NCBI GenBank assembly: GCA_963796965.1
Contig: CAWCNS010000005.1
Coordinates: 512,001-576,000, forward strand
DNA: 64,000 nt
Direction: 5' to 3'
From: Calditrichia bacterium
Lineage (GTDB): Bacteria > Calditrichota > Calditrichia > JAJRVZ01
Under the pieces are notes generated by a model. It ran no database searches. It was not told the DNA's origin and saw only the letters and a program-made list of their open reading frames with translations. The position numbers and the translations under genes are program-made. Shown here in pieces: positions 1 to 10,419 of this stretch; position 1 is the stretch's first letter; each line of letters starts with the position of its first letter.

Positions 1-210
1 GCGCATTATGCTGCCAAAGGATTTTTAGTTGTCGAAAAGGTAAAAATACATGACCGTGCAACAATTGGTTTAAAAGCATCAATTATGGGAGCTGTAGAGA
101 TTGGAGAAGGAGCGGTCATCGGTCCCCATGAAGTTGTTTTACCAAAAACGAAAATTCCTGCAGGCAGGAGGCCCGCTTATCCAAACTGGCAAGCAAATGA
201 GATGAAGTAA
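1..210 (+). CDS. C-terminal part of a hexapeptide-repeat (left-handed beta-helix) acyltransferase-like protein; 5' end lies outside the window
   Basis: Frame 1 reads AHYAAKGFLVVEKVKIHDRATIGLKASIMGAVEIGEGAVIGPHEVVLPKTKIPAG..., with [VI]xIGxxAxIG hexapeptide repeats; TAA at 208-210. Confidence 0.7.
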   Translation, partial: AHYAAKGFLVVEKVKIHDRATIGLKASIMGAVEIGEGAVIGPHEVVLPKTKIPAGRRPAYPNWQANEMK

Positions 211-292
211 TAAATTGAATATTGAGAACAGGACTAAGAATTCTTATAGAAATTATTTTAATTTGTTAGCAATAGTTTTTGGGATATTGAGT

Positions 293-328
293 AAAAAAAA
301 AGGCGTTACAATAAAAAACTGCAACGCC
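293..328 (-). terminator. Rho-independent terminator of the cold-shock gene
   Basis: GGCGTTACA/TGCAACGCC imperfect stem followed on the minus strand by a T9 tract, about 20 nt after the csp stop. Confidence 0.7.
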
Positions 329-349
329 AGAAGTAAAATGTCATAGGTT

Positions 350-562
350 TTATTCGGCGGGAAATAGATTGGCTGCTTCAAGACCCTTACGTCCTTCCAC
401 AATTTCAAATTCTACTTTTTGTCCATCTTTTAAGACCCGGTACCCATCGCCCTGAATGGCACTATAGTGGACAAACACATCTTCTCCATCTTCGCGGTTA
501 ATAAATCCGAAGCCTTTCTTGGCGTCAAACCACTTTACAGAGCCTACTTCACGTTCTGACAT
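350..562 (-). CDS. cspA: Cold-shock protein (CspA family)
   Basis: [15 protein letters not shown] (RNP1) and DVFVHYSAI (RNP2); 70 aa. Confidence 0.95.
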   Translation of the reverse strand: MSEREVGSVKWFDAKKGFGFINREDGEDVFVHYSAIQGDGYRVLKDGQKVEFEIVEGRKGLEAANLFPAE

Positions 563-1106
563 AATAATAACTCTCCGATGTTAATGTTCATTTCCGATTA
601 AAATATTTTCATTCATCAAAACCATCGCCATAATACCGGAAAAATTGATAAATAAAAACGCAATAGTTTAAATAATATTCTTCAAGTTTTCAAGTATTCG
701 CCGGGATTTCATGAAGTTAACTACTGTATTTAACTTATCTTAACCCGTGTTTAATATCGAAAAAAAAGAAATGATTCTTCCGGATTATGGATCTATCGTT
801 TTCTAAAAACATGGAAATAAGAACAAATATTCTTAATCTAACATTAACCTTAAACAACAAAGTCTATGCAATATTTAACCTATCATATTTTTTTTATATA
901 TCTTGTATAATTCTTATGATTTTGTATATTCTTTTAGACACACACATTGATTTCGATTTTATAAAATATAGATGCAATTATTATTATATCTCGCCTGCTC
1001 ATTAAATATCCATTGAATAATTGTAAATTCAATTATGTTGAACATGTATTATTGCATTCAGTTTAGAATTACGCTGCCTGGATAATTACCAAAATCTGGA
1101 GATACT

Positions 1107-2488
1107 ATGTCGGGAACTATTAAACCAGACTGGAATGCGGTTTCAAACTTACCACAGTTGACCTTGGAAGATGGCTCACGTATCGGAGTTATTGGCAGTG
1201 GACCTGCTGGATCATTCTTCAGCTACTTCTTTCTTGAGATGGCTGCGAGGGCTGGTATGGATGTGAATGTGGATATCTACGAACCACGGGATTTTTTCCA
1301 GCCCAGCCCCAAAGGGTGTAATATGTGTGGTGGAATTGTCTCAGAGACCTTAGTTCAAACTCTTGCTACAGAAGGTATCAACCTCCCCCCCAAATTGTGC
1401 AGAGAGGTATTGAATCCTATACCCTGCATACGGATAAGGGTACTGTATCCATCGAGACCCCTCTGCATGAAAAGCGTATTGCTGCTGTTCATCGTGGCAG
1501 TGGTCCAAAGGGAACCATTGACTCAAAATGGGGTAGTTTTGATGGTTATCTTCAAATACTTGCTTTAGAAAAAGGTGCCAATCTTTACCAATCAAAAGTC
1601 GAGAAGGTGTCTTTCGACAATGGTCGGCCAATAATATTCTCGAAAGACACTGAACCGACGACCTATGACTTAATTGCTGTTGCTTCAGGCGTAAACTCCA
1701 AACTCCTCAACATTTTTCCGGAGCTTGATAAAGGCTATAAATTGCCCGGCACAACAAAAACAGTAATAAGAGAGTATTATTTGGGAGAGGATTTAATTTC
1801 TCAATATTTCGGAAATTCGATGCATATATTTTTGCTGGATCTACATAATGTTGAATTTGCTGCTTTTATTCCCAAAGGTGATTATGTGACATTTTGCATG
1901 TTAGGAAAGGATATTTCTCAAGAAGTTCTTGATAATTTTATGAACGCGCCGGAAGTCCGACAGACATTACCGGAGACCATCTATAAAGACCAGGTATCTT
2001 GTCACTGCAACCCGAAGATAAACATACAACGGGCTATACAACCGTTCTCTGACAGAATGGTTTTTATTGGTGATTGTGGCGTCACACGGCTTTACAAAGA
2101 TGGGATCGGTGGCGCATATAGGACTGCTAAAATTGCGGCCTCTACAGCTGTATTTCAGGGTATTTCCGCATTGGATTTTAAAAAACATTTTTGGCCTGTA
2201 TGCAAACACCTCCACAATGATAATCTTATTGGTAAATTTATTTTTGCTGTTACGAAAATTAACCAAAAGGTTGGTATTGCCAGACAGGCAATGCTACATA
2301 TGGTTCAGGTTGAACAACAAAAAGATTTATCAAACAAATTTATGAGCACTGTATTATGGGATATGTTTACGGGGAGTGCGAGTTATAGAGAAGTTCTGTT
2401 CCTTACAATGCATCCTGTCTTCCTTCTCAGATTTATAACAAACATTATCCGTGCCATGTTTATAAAAAACAATAAATCATTGGAGTAA
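1107..2488 (+). CDS. NAD(P)/FAD-dependent oxidoreductase (geranylgeranyl-reductase-like fold), frameshifted in the C7 run at 1385-1391
   Basis: N-terminal VIGSGPAGS Rossmann motif and GCNMCGG in ORF 1107; continues in ORF 1325 with FIGDCGVTRLYKDGIGGA (GD motif); the two ORFs join at the poly-C run. Confidence 0.8.
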
Positions 2489-2493
2489 CAGAA

Positions 2494-2910
2494 ATGAAAT
2501 CTGGTGCATTAGGGAAATCTTATCAGAAGGGAGAAGTGGTCGTACGTGAAGGAGAAAATGGTGACAGCATGTATGTCATTCAGGAAGGTACAGTGGAGGT
2601 ATACCAGGAAAGATCCAACAAAGAAATTCATTTGGCATACCTATCCGAAGGTGATTTCTTCGGTGAAATGGCCATATTTGAGCGGGAAAAACGCTCAGCT
2701 TCTGTTCGTGCCGTTGATGAGGCTCGCATTTTAACTATCGATAGAAAAAACTTTCTAAAAAGAATTCACGAAGATCCCTCCCTCGCTTTTCATATCGTTC
2801 AAAATTTGTCCAACCGAATTCGCTTATTGGATGCTAAACATTCACAAATCAAGGCCAGTGATCGAAGAAATTGGGATCGGAGACCTGAGAAATATGCAAA
2901 AAGTGAATAA
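2494..2910 (+). CDS. Stand-alone cyclic nucleotide-binding domain protein
   Basis: EGENGDSMYVIQEGTVEV, GDFFGEMAIF and RSASVRA cNMP-binding signature; no HTH. Confidence 0.9.
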   Translation: MKSGALGKSYQKGEVVVREGENGDSMYVIQEGTVEVYQERSNKEIHLAYLSEGDFFGEMAIFEREKRSASVRAVDEARILTIDRKNFLKRIHEDPSLAFHIVQNLSNRIRLLDAKHSQIKASDRRNWDRRPEKYAKSE

Positions 2911-2918
2911 TTGGTGTA

Positions 2919-3635
2919 TTAATTTGTTCGCTCTTGCTCTTCAATAATTTTTTGAAATTGCTTTTCGAAGGAGTCTTTGATCATATTTAAAATATTTGCG
3001 GTAACCCTGTTATGGATCTTTTCCCAAAATAGATTCATCACCCTGGTAAAAAAACGATTTTTTGTTCCATAATAATTGAACGCGACAATAAAAAAGAGTT
3101 GTGTCTGCTCTTTTTCATTCTGCTCATGTATGGAGGATCGGGTATAAATTGAAAATATTCCTATCGGATATCCCCCACTACATTTATAGAGTAAATATCT
3201 GGCATTATCAGTATCCGATTGTAAGGGGATTTTCTTAATCTTAATAGCATCCAGGTTAAACAAAGGCCAGGATTGAAATCCTTTTTTAGGATCTCGAATG
3301 TTGAGTGAAATCTTTTCCAATCCGAACAAAAATATTTGAATATTTTCTAACTGACCCCTGATCCGTTCCACCTTTGCAATCTGATTTGGCCAATAGGTTG
3401 AATTACCATCCCATCTCAATAATGTCTCAAAGACATACTTAACTGGAATGTCAACACCAATTTTATGTATATTCAGCACAGAATATTGATCAACCCCCAC
3501 ATCTAGTCTCTGCAAAATCCGATAGCGGAATTCATCTCTTTCCGAAGGAGTTTCGTATTCAATAAGGGTTGAGTGAGCGGGTTTGTGCAAAAAGAATGAG
3601 ACCACATCTGTAAAAATATTTCTTGTTGCAGACAT
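2919..3635 (-). CDS. Hypothetical protein
   Basis: 238-aa ORF with GAGGA upstream of the ATG; no motif recognised. Confidence 0.65.
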   Translation of the reverse strand: MSATRNIFTDVVSFFLHKPAHSTLIEYETPSERDEFRYRILQRLDVGVDQYSVLNIHKIGVDIPVKYVFETLLRWDGNSTYWPNQIAKVERIRGQLENIQIFLFGLEKISLNIRDPKKGFQSWPLFNLDAIKIKKIPLQSDTDNARYLLYKCSGGYPIGIFSIYTRSSIHEQNEKEQTQLFFIVAFNYYGTKNRFFTRVMNLFWEKIHNRVTANILNMIKDSFEKQFQKIIEEQERTN

Positions 3636-4029
3636 ATATCCTCAATCTAGTATCTGGATCCCTAAATCGGACAAGAACCATATCAAATCAGAAATCTTCT
3701 AAATAATTCAAAATATACATAAATCTTATATTTATTGCTTTAGATTAGCTAATTTATCAGACAATCCGCATTTAAGATGTTTTCAGAAACATACCCCCGG
3801 GTTTTACGTATTAACAATTAATGATAGGTCACTTCTAAAAGTCTCAAATACAGATCCTCCTAATACGGTTAATAAGACATAAAAAATATAATTTAATTAT
3901 AAGTCATAAATAACAAATAATTACGCTGTACCACCTACGGTGGTCAATGCTAAAAAATATTTACGATTATATTTATATATAGATTTTGTCTATTTTCTAA
4001 AAGTCTACTTAACTGTATATCTGATTTTT

Positions 4030-4146
4030 AACCACTAAGTACGCAAAGAAGGCACAAAGTACACTAAGATAATTTTCTTAATAAAAACTTTGTGATCTTC
4101 GTGCCTTCTTAGTGACCTTTTGCATAGGCATGCCTATGGGAGTGGT
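4030..4146. repeat. Palindromic miniature element, family A (ACCAC/ACACAAAG...CTTTGTG/GTGGT)
   Basis: Imperfect inverted arms around an AT-rich core; related copies at 17579-17673, 24824-25015, 30150-30223, 33083-33183, 37998-38052, 38059-38216. Confidence 0.75.
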
Positions 4147-4257
4147 AAATCTTTTTTCTTTTTTCAAATCTGAACGGCCAGTGGTTGTCAGGCCCGGAGG
4201 GCCTACCAGGTACTTTGTGGTTATTTTATCAAATCAACATTAAAGGAGGGGATAAAA

Positions 4258-5748
4258 ATGAAATCGCGGCAAAATTTATTTTTTTCATTGATTTTAATCC
4301 TAACAGTATCACTTACCGCCCAATCTACGGAGAAACTATCACTTAAAAGTCAGGTAGATGAATATGTTGAGAAGGTAATGGCAACCTATGAGATTCCGGG
4401 GTTAGCGATAGGTCTGGTTAAGGAAGGTCAAATATTTTATACAAAGGGGTATGGAGTCAAAAGTCTGGAGACGCTTGAGCCAATTACAGATGAATGCTTG
4501 TTTCATATGGCTTCTGTCTCAAAACCCTTTATTGCTACGGCAATTATGCAATTAGTAGAAGCAGGAAAACTCGATCTTGACGCACCAGTAATTAATTACT
4601 TACCCTATTTTAAACTCCACGACCCGCGATACACTACGATTTCAGTTAGACAAATGCTTACTCACACATCAGGGATGCCAGATGTAGAGGATTATGGCTG
4701 GGAAAATCCCCAGTATGACGATGGTGCATTGACACGCTATGTACTTAGCCTCAATGAAACAGATCTGATAAACGGCCCAGGTGAAAAATGGGTGTTTAGC
4801 AGTATGGCCTATGATGTCCTGGGAAATATGATCGCCAAAGTTTCGCATATGACCTTCGAAGATTATATGAAAAAGTATGTTCTAGCACCCTTAGAGATGA
4901 AAAGAAGTACCTTTTACAAGGGAAAGGCAAATAAAATTCTCTGTACAGCCCCCCATATTCGCAGACTGGAGCCCATAGTAAGTGAAATTTACCCCTATAA
5001 CCGAGCCCACGCGCCTAGTTCCACTCTTCATTCAAGTGTTAATGAAATGTGTAGTTATGCAATCGCCAATCTAAATCGAGGCATGTTTGGGGACGACAGA
5101 TTACTTAAGGCCATAAGTTTTAATACCATGTGGACCCCCGTTTGTGATGCAACAGAAGGGAAAAAAATGGGCTTAAGTTGGTTCGTATGCGAGCGTGAGG
5201 GAGAACTCGTGGTCTCACATAGTGGTGGAGATTTGGGATTCCAGGCAAATTTCTGCCTTGTACCCAAACGTATGGCCGCCGTTATTGTTTTAAGCAATTA
5301 TGAACTTACCCCTGCAGCAAATATAAGTATGGGATTATGGGATATTCTGAATAGTAAAAATCCCGTCACACTTAAAACACCTGTCATGATACCTTTAGGA
5401 AGGGTTCTTGTAAAAGGTGATGCGAACCATATGATTCAAAAATACAATGAACTACAATCAACCCAATCCGATTTATACATCTTCAACGTATCTCAATTAG
5501 ATTTATTGGGAACAGAGTTATTGGGATTGATAAGGATAGAAGAAGCCATAGAAGTATTTAATTTAAACGTAAGAGAATATCCGGAGTCATCTAAAGTTTA
5601 TGAGAGTTTAGGGGGCGCTTTAATGATTGCCGGAGACAATCAGTTGGCCATAGAAAATTATGAAAAGTCAGTCCAACTTGACCCAGAGAATGAAAAAGCC
5701 AGAGAAATGATAAAAAAATTAAGAGAAGCGATTTCCAAAGACATCTAA
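4258..5748 (+). CDS. Serine hydrolase (AmpC/beta-lactamase family) with C-terminal TPR; secreted
   Basis: Signal peptide, FHMASVSK (SxxK), LLTHTSG-like MLTHTSG, HSGG motif, C-terminal TPR (AIENYEKSVQLDP); AGGAGG RBS. Confidence 0.9.
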   Translation: MKSRQNLFFSLILILTVSLTAQSTEKLSLKSQVDEYVEKVMATYEIPGLAIGLVKEGQIFYTKGYGVKSLETLEPITDECLFHMASVSKPFIATAIMQLVEAGKLDLDAPVINYLPYFKLHDPRYTTISVRQMLTHTSGMPDVEDYGWENPQYDDGALTRYVLSLNETDLINGPGEKWVFSSMAYDVLGNMIAKVSHMTFEDYMKKYVLAPLEMKRSTFYKGKANKILCTAPHIRRLEPIVSEIYPYNRAHAPSSTLHSSVNEMCSYAIANLNRGMFGDDRLLKAISFNTMWTPVCDATEGKKMGLSWFVCEREGELVVSHSGGDLGFQANFCLVPKRMAAVIVLSNYELTPAANISMGLWDILNSKNPVTLKTPVMIPLGRVLVKGDANHMIQKYNELQSTQSDLYIFNVSQLDLLGTELLGLIRIEEAIEVFNLNVREYPESSKVYESLGGALMIAGDNQLAIENYEKSVQLDPENEKAREMIKKLREAISKDI

Positions 5749-5933
5749 CTTCTCAAAAGGGGCCACAATTCAAAATCTGATTTAAATCAGTAGAATTCCT
5801 CGAGGCTTTGCCTCGGGGTTTCCTATTTCTCCCTATCCTTTAAGAGAGGGAAGAATTTCATCAAGTAAAGACTAAGGAATTCTGCATTTTATCCGATAGA
5901 TACTATTAGAGAAAAATAGTTCGGGTGGATGAT

Positions 5934-6158
5934 ATGAGAATAACCTTAAAAAACGAATGTCCCTATTGTGCAAGTCACTATTTTGTGCGAATCCCACGAA
6001 AAACCTATATGCGCTTTTCATCGGCCATAAAATACTATGAATGCGATCTATGTCGCCAAGAGTTTCTGGTTATTGAACGTAAACATCGGTTTTCACCGGA
6101 GATAAGCACACGTTTAATACCAATTCAGGAAAATGCGAACACCACCAGGGGACGGTAA
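5934..6158 (+). CDS. Putative small zinc-ribbon protein
   Basis: CPYC-x24-CDLC pair of CxxC motifs. Confidence 0.5.
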   Translation: MRITLKNECPYCASHYFVRIPRKTYMRFSSAIKYYECDLCRQEFLVIERKHRFSPEISTRLIPIQENANTTRGR

Positions 6159-6198
6159 GGGTATGTTAAACCAATACATTAACTAATAATCGTTGTCT

Positions 6199-7029
6199 TT
6201 ATAAAAACCAATTTCTGTATAAATCCGGACGTCGGTCCCGAAAAAATAATTTACGGGCGTGAGATTCTTCATTTTTCTTCAGTTCGATATCACAATATAA
6301 AATTTCTTCAGTCCCAAGACCAGCACGGGCTATCACTCGCCCATCAGGATCACAAACAAAGGATTCTCCAGCAAAGGTCAGGTTTGATTCCTCCCCAACA
6401 CGGTTACATAAGGCCGTAAAATAACCATTCTGAAAAGCAGCAACACGCATCTCAGATTCATATAACCCTTCCGGCCACTCCCCCACGGCTCCCGCCTGAG
6501 GGATAAATACAATATCGGCGCCATATAAGGCCAAGGCACGCATGTATTCCGGATAGTGCCGGTCATAACAAATGGCCACTCCAATATTTCCAAAATCTGT
6601 TTTATATACAGGTACACCCAGATCACCGGGATGGTAGTATCCCTGCTCATGAAAGCAAGCGTATTCTGTTATATGAATCATTCTAGTCTTACCCAATAAC
6701 TCCCCATTTTTGTTTATTACCGGTGAAGTATCAAAAGCATGGTTCCCATCTCTTTCATATAAGTTTAAAATAATAATAATACCTAATTCAGCAGCAAGAG
6801 CTGAAAACTTTTCAGTTGTAGGACCGGGAACAGGTTCTGCCAGATCAAGAACATTATCACCAGCCGGCTCCTGTGGATAAAAGGGTTCAAATGCTAACTC
6901 TGCAAAACAAACAATTTTTGCCCCCTTGGCTGAAGCCTCCTTTACAGCACGAATTCCCCTCACAATATTTGCAGATTTATCTGCAAGACAAGGTTGTTGT
7001 ATAAGCGCTATTCTGGTCACTTCTGACAT
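6199..7029 (-). CDS. Carbon-nitrogen hydrolase (nitrilase superfamily; N-carbamoylputrescine amidase/beta-ureidopropionase-like)
   Basis: FAEL (catalytic Glu), GVAICYDRHYPE (catalytic Cys), NRVG...FAGESFVCDPDG, RDRRPDLY. Confidence 0.9.
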   Translation of the reverse strand: MSEVTRIALIQQPCLADKSANIVRGIRAVKEASAKGAKIVCFAELAFEPFYPQEPAGDNVLDLAEPVPGPTTEKFSALAAELGIIIILNLYERDGNHAFDTSPVINKNGELLGKTRMIHITEYACFHEQGYYHPGDLGVPVYKTDFGNIGVAICYDRHYPEYMRALALYGADIVFIPQAGAVGEWPEGLYESEMRVAAFQNGYFTALCNRVGEESNLTFAGESFVCDPDGRVIARAGLGTEEILYCDIELKKNEESHARKLFFRDRRPDLYRNWFL

Positions 7030-7204
7030 TCCTGTACCCTACCTTCTTATGATTGTAATATTTTCTTTTTATTTTTCACCCGTTCAACGAAAATAAAACA
7101 GTCAATATGTTGCTTTAATTGTTTCTAATCACACTAATTTAATGATTCTGATATTTGCGTCGATAATAATAGTGACAAATCTAACCAAATGATAGAAAGA
7201 AACC

Positions 7205-7555
7205 ATGAAAACATTGTCAATCCTGGTGATGCTAAGTTTACTCATCATAATATCTTCCTGCTCGGATGATTGTGATATGGAAAATCCAACCGTACGTTTG
7301 GTGAACAATGGTACGGGCAAAGCTGATATCCAGATTAAAACATCGGGTGGGAATACAGAAAATATCAACAATGTGGACCCAGGCACATCTTCTCCACCAA
7401 GATCCTTTGCCCCTGGCGAAATAGACTTCACTATCACTATTCAGGGTGAGGATGATCCGATTGAATATTCGCTTAAGGTTTTTTATTGCGTCGATTACAC
7501 CGTAACAATAAATACGGACAATACTGTTTCCGGTTCAGCAAAGGAAAGAGAATAA
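7205..7555 (+). CDS. Hypothetical lipoprotein
   Basis: Hydrophobic N-terminus with lipobox IISSC. Confidence 0.7.
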   Translation: MKTLSILVMLSLLIIISSCSDDCDMENPTVRLVNNGTGKADIQIKTSGGNTENINNVDPGTSSPPRSFAPGEIDFTITIQGEDDPIEYSLKVFYCVDYTVTINTDNTVSGSAKERE

Positions 7556-7563
7556 TAGAGTAT

Positions 7564-8979
7564 TTATTCTTCCCGGGTCAATCTGAGTACTTGTCCCGGT
7601 TCATTAAGGACAACGTATATAGCACCATCTGGGCCACTACTGACATCACGTACCCGACCATAATTTTTTAGAATTACCTCTTCGTGTAATACACGGTCTC
7701 TCTCAATTTCTACAAGCCGAACTTCTTCGTATTTTAATGCGCCCACCAAAAGATGATTTTGCCAAAAAGGGAACTCTTCCCCACGATAATAATCCAATCC
7801 ACAAACGGCCGTTGAGGGTCGCCAGTATTTAACCGGCTGGGCCATTCCTTCTTTTCTCCTCTGATCGGTGATTGTGGTGCCATCATAATTTTTTCCATAG
7901 GTTATAACCGGCCAGCCATAATTGGCACCAGATTGAATCAGATTTAGTTCATCCCCTCCCATCGGTCCATGTTCAGTCTCCCAGACCTGATCAGTAATTG
8001 GATGGACGGCAAGACCCTGCGGATTTCTATTCCCGTAAGTATAAATTGATGCAACTGCTCCTGAATTTTTTAGAAAAGGATTGTCAGCGGGTATTGTGCC
8101 ATCGGGGTAAATTCGATGCAACTTGCCATTAGGTCGACTGAGGTCCTGTGCATGATCTTGCCTTCCACGTTCACCAATAGAAAAATACAGAAAACCCTTT
8201 TTATCGAACACAATTCGGCATCCATAATGATGACGGGTCTCCAGATAATGCTCGGGATTGGCTTCAAACAAAACCTGCTGATCTACCCAGGTATTATTCC
8301 TGATTCGACCTCTCACCAACCGGGTCATGGCCCGTTCATCAACAAGAGCATGACTATAAGCCAAATAAATCCAACCGTTATTCATATAGTCAATGTCAAC
8401 TGCCACATCTAATAGTCCACCCTGCCCTTTATGTAATACTTGTGGAATATCCTTCACCGGCTCACTCTGCAACTCCCCATTTCTAACCACACGCAACCGC
8501 CCGGGACGCTCTGTGATTAAAGCCATAGTTGGTTCAGGAAAATCTATGGCCCATGGTATCTCAAGACCATCTACCCAAACCTGAACCCTTATTGTATAAT
8601 CTAAAGTTTTAATTGATTTATCAGGGATTAAATCTTTTTTTTCTGTTTTTCCTTCCTGATCTTTTAAATAAGCAAGAACATCTCTGATATCTTCATCTAA
8701 TAATGTACCCTCAAATCCTGGCATACCATGCTCATTTATACCATACTTTACATTACGGAAGACATGACTTTTTTTATATCCAAATTGCCAGTCATTGTCA
8801 ACCAGACTCCTGGCATTACCACCTTGCAGATCTTCTCCATGGCAAGTTGCACAGAATTCATCATAGATTTTTTTACCATTTTGTGATTTTTCAGTGGACA
8901 TAAAACTAAGTATAAATAATCCGGAGATAATTGAAAGTAAAAAGGAAATACGCATTATTAAAATCTCTCTGTTATTCAT
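7564..8979 (-). CDS. PQQ-dependent sugar dehydrogenase (soluble GDH/aldose dehydrogenase) with N-terminal cytochrome c domain
   Basis: CATCHG heme motif; GLEIPWAIDF, GQGGLLDV, YTYGNRNPQGL, EHGPMGGDELN, GANYGWP beta-propeller motifs. Confidence 0.9.
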   Translation of the reverse strand: MNNREILIMRISFLLSIISGLFILSFMSTEKSQNGKKIYDEFCATCHGEDLQGGNARSLVDNDWQFGYKKSHVFRNVKYGINEHGMPGFEGTLLDEDIRDVLAYLKDQEGKTEKKDLIPDKSIKTLDYTIRVQVWVDGLEIPWAIDFPEPTMALITERPGRLRVVRNGELQSEPVKDIPQVLHKGQGGLLDVAVDIDYMNNGWIYLAYSHALVDERAMTRLVRGRIRNNTWVDQQVLFEANPEHYLETRHHYGCRIVFDKKGFLYFSIGERGRQDHAQDLSRPNGKLHRIYPDGTIPADNPFLKNSGAVASIYTYGNRNPQGLAVHPITDQVWETEHGPMGGDELNLIQSGANYGWPVITYGKNYDGTTITDQRRKEGMAQPVKYWRPSTAVCGLDYYRGEEFPFWQNHLLVGALKYEEVRLVEIERDRVLHEEVILKNYGRVRDVSSGPDGAIYVVLNEPGQVLRLTREE

Positions 8980-9233
8980 TAATATTATAGAGTACTTAAT
9001 TGGTATAAATATATCTTAACAGAAACCTAAATTCAACACAGCATCATCCTTATACCAGCCAATTGCTCATATGGAGAGATATTAGTAAAATTGACTTATT
9101 GATTATCTATTATGTGTGGAATTTATCTCACCGTTTAAAAGTTTTAGAAATCATAGTATCGTCCAGGTATATATTATGACTGTGATCTGAAACTTTCTAA
9201 CATCACTTTAGTATATAATCCTTTTATCACAGG

Positions 9234-10166
9234 ATGAGATTCATGCATATAAAATCTGTTATAATTATTATTCTACTTCTCTTTGCTGGCTTTAATTTAC
9301 TGATTGCCCAACAAGAAGAAGATCTCCATGAGCAGCAAATCGTATTCATAAGTGATACACAAACCCCAATATGGATCGAAAAACTTTACTTAGATTACAA
9401 GAACAATGAAACAGCCAGACAACTCATTGTCAAAGATATCATCAAGCATTCCCCAGAAGCAGTTTTTCACCTGGGAGACCTGGTCAGCTATGGATTTGAT
9501 GATGATGACTGGAATTTTGTAGACAAATTTGTAGAAGATCTTAAAGAGTTACAGATACACTTTTTTCCTACCCTCGGTAATCACGAGTTATTAAATTTGC
9601 CTTTTGACGGAGAGGCCAATTTTATAAAACGCTTTCCTGAATATATAAAAACAGGTTATACAAGAATTATCGGCTCAACGGCAATAATCTTGTTAAACTC
9701 TAATTTCGATCACTTGTCCGATTTCCTGATAAGCAAACAACAAGAATGGTTTAAAAACGAACTTTCAAAATTGAATCTCGACATTTCGATTAAGCATATT
9801 GTTGTCGGAACCCACCATCCTCCTTTCACGAATTCTTCCATGGTTTCTGGCTCTGAGGAGGTACTGGAACAGTTCGTTAGCCAATTCTCACTCTACGACA
9901 AATGCCGGCTCTTTATCAGTGGCCACGCCCACAGAATCGAGCATTTTATTATCGATGATAAGAATTATGTTGTAGCAGGCGGTGGAGGCGGTATGCAGCA
10001 TCCTACAAACAGTGATGAAATTGCTTTTTATGATCATTTCCCCTCAGGGTCTGATCTCAGGCCCTTCCATTATATATGTCTCACCCTGGGTGAGGCCTTA
10101 AGTCGTTGTACGAGCAGTTTCTCCAGAGGAAAATTTGCTAAAGGATGTCTATACCTTTATGATTGA
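9234..10166 (+). CDS. Secreted calcineurin-like metallophosphoesterase (C-terminus possibly frameshifted near 10100)
   Basis: SDTQ, HLGDLV, LGNHE, HHPP and SGHAH motifs; signal peptide. Confidence 0.85.
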   Translation: MRFMHIKSVIIIILLLFAGFNLLIAQQEEDLHEQQIVFISDTQTPIWIEKLYLDYKNNETARQLIVKDIIKHSPEAVFHLGDLVSYGFDDDDWNFVDKFVEDLKELQIHFFPTLGNHELLNLPFDGEANFIKRFPEYIKTGYTRIIGSTAIILLNSNFDHLSDFLISKQQEWFKNELSKLNLDISIKHIVVGTHHPPFTNSSMVSGSEEVLEQFVSQFSLYDKCRLFISGHAHRIEHFIIDDKNYVVAGGGGGMQHPTNSDEIAFYDHFPSGSDLRPFHYICLTLGEALSRCTSSFSRGKFAKGCLYLYD

Positions 10167-10419
10167 ACCAAATCAAACACTATCATTGCGAAATCTAAGA
10201 ACGAAAAACAAGGAAAATAATATCATTTTTTGATCTTTTTCCCATCCCCCACCTAAAATATCTGCGTGAGAGCTTGGCAGTTATCAATTCTTCTTTCTTA
10301 AACTTTTTTTTATCTTCTTTCTGATTACTATTTTATTTTTACTCTTTATTCTATAATTTGTAAACTTCAAGACAGATTCGCAGATTCATTTCTAATCTGA
10401 CTATTATTTGACCTTGATC

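Noticed and set aside
787..1005. 72-aa ORF
   Set aside because: Low-complexity AT-rich intergenic sequence with no motif
4169..5750. Serine hydrolase as an integron cassette (TCTGAAC...GTTATTT upstream, stop within ATCTAAC)
   Set aside because: L boxes do not pair convincingly and there is no downstream R' box; too weak to call
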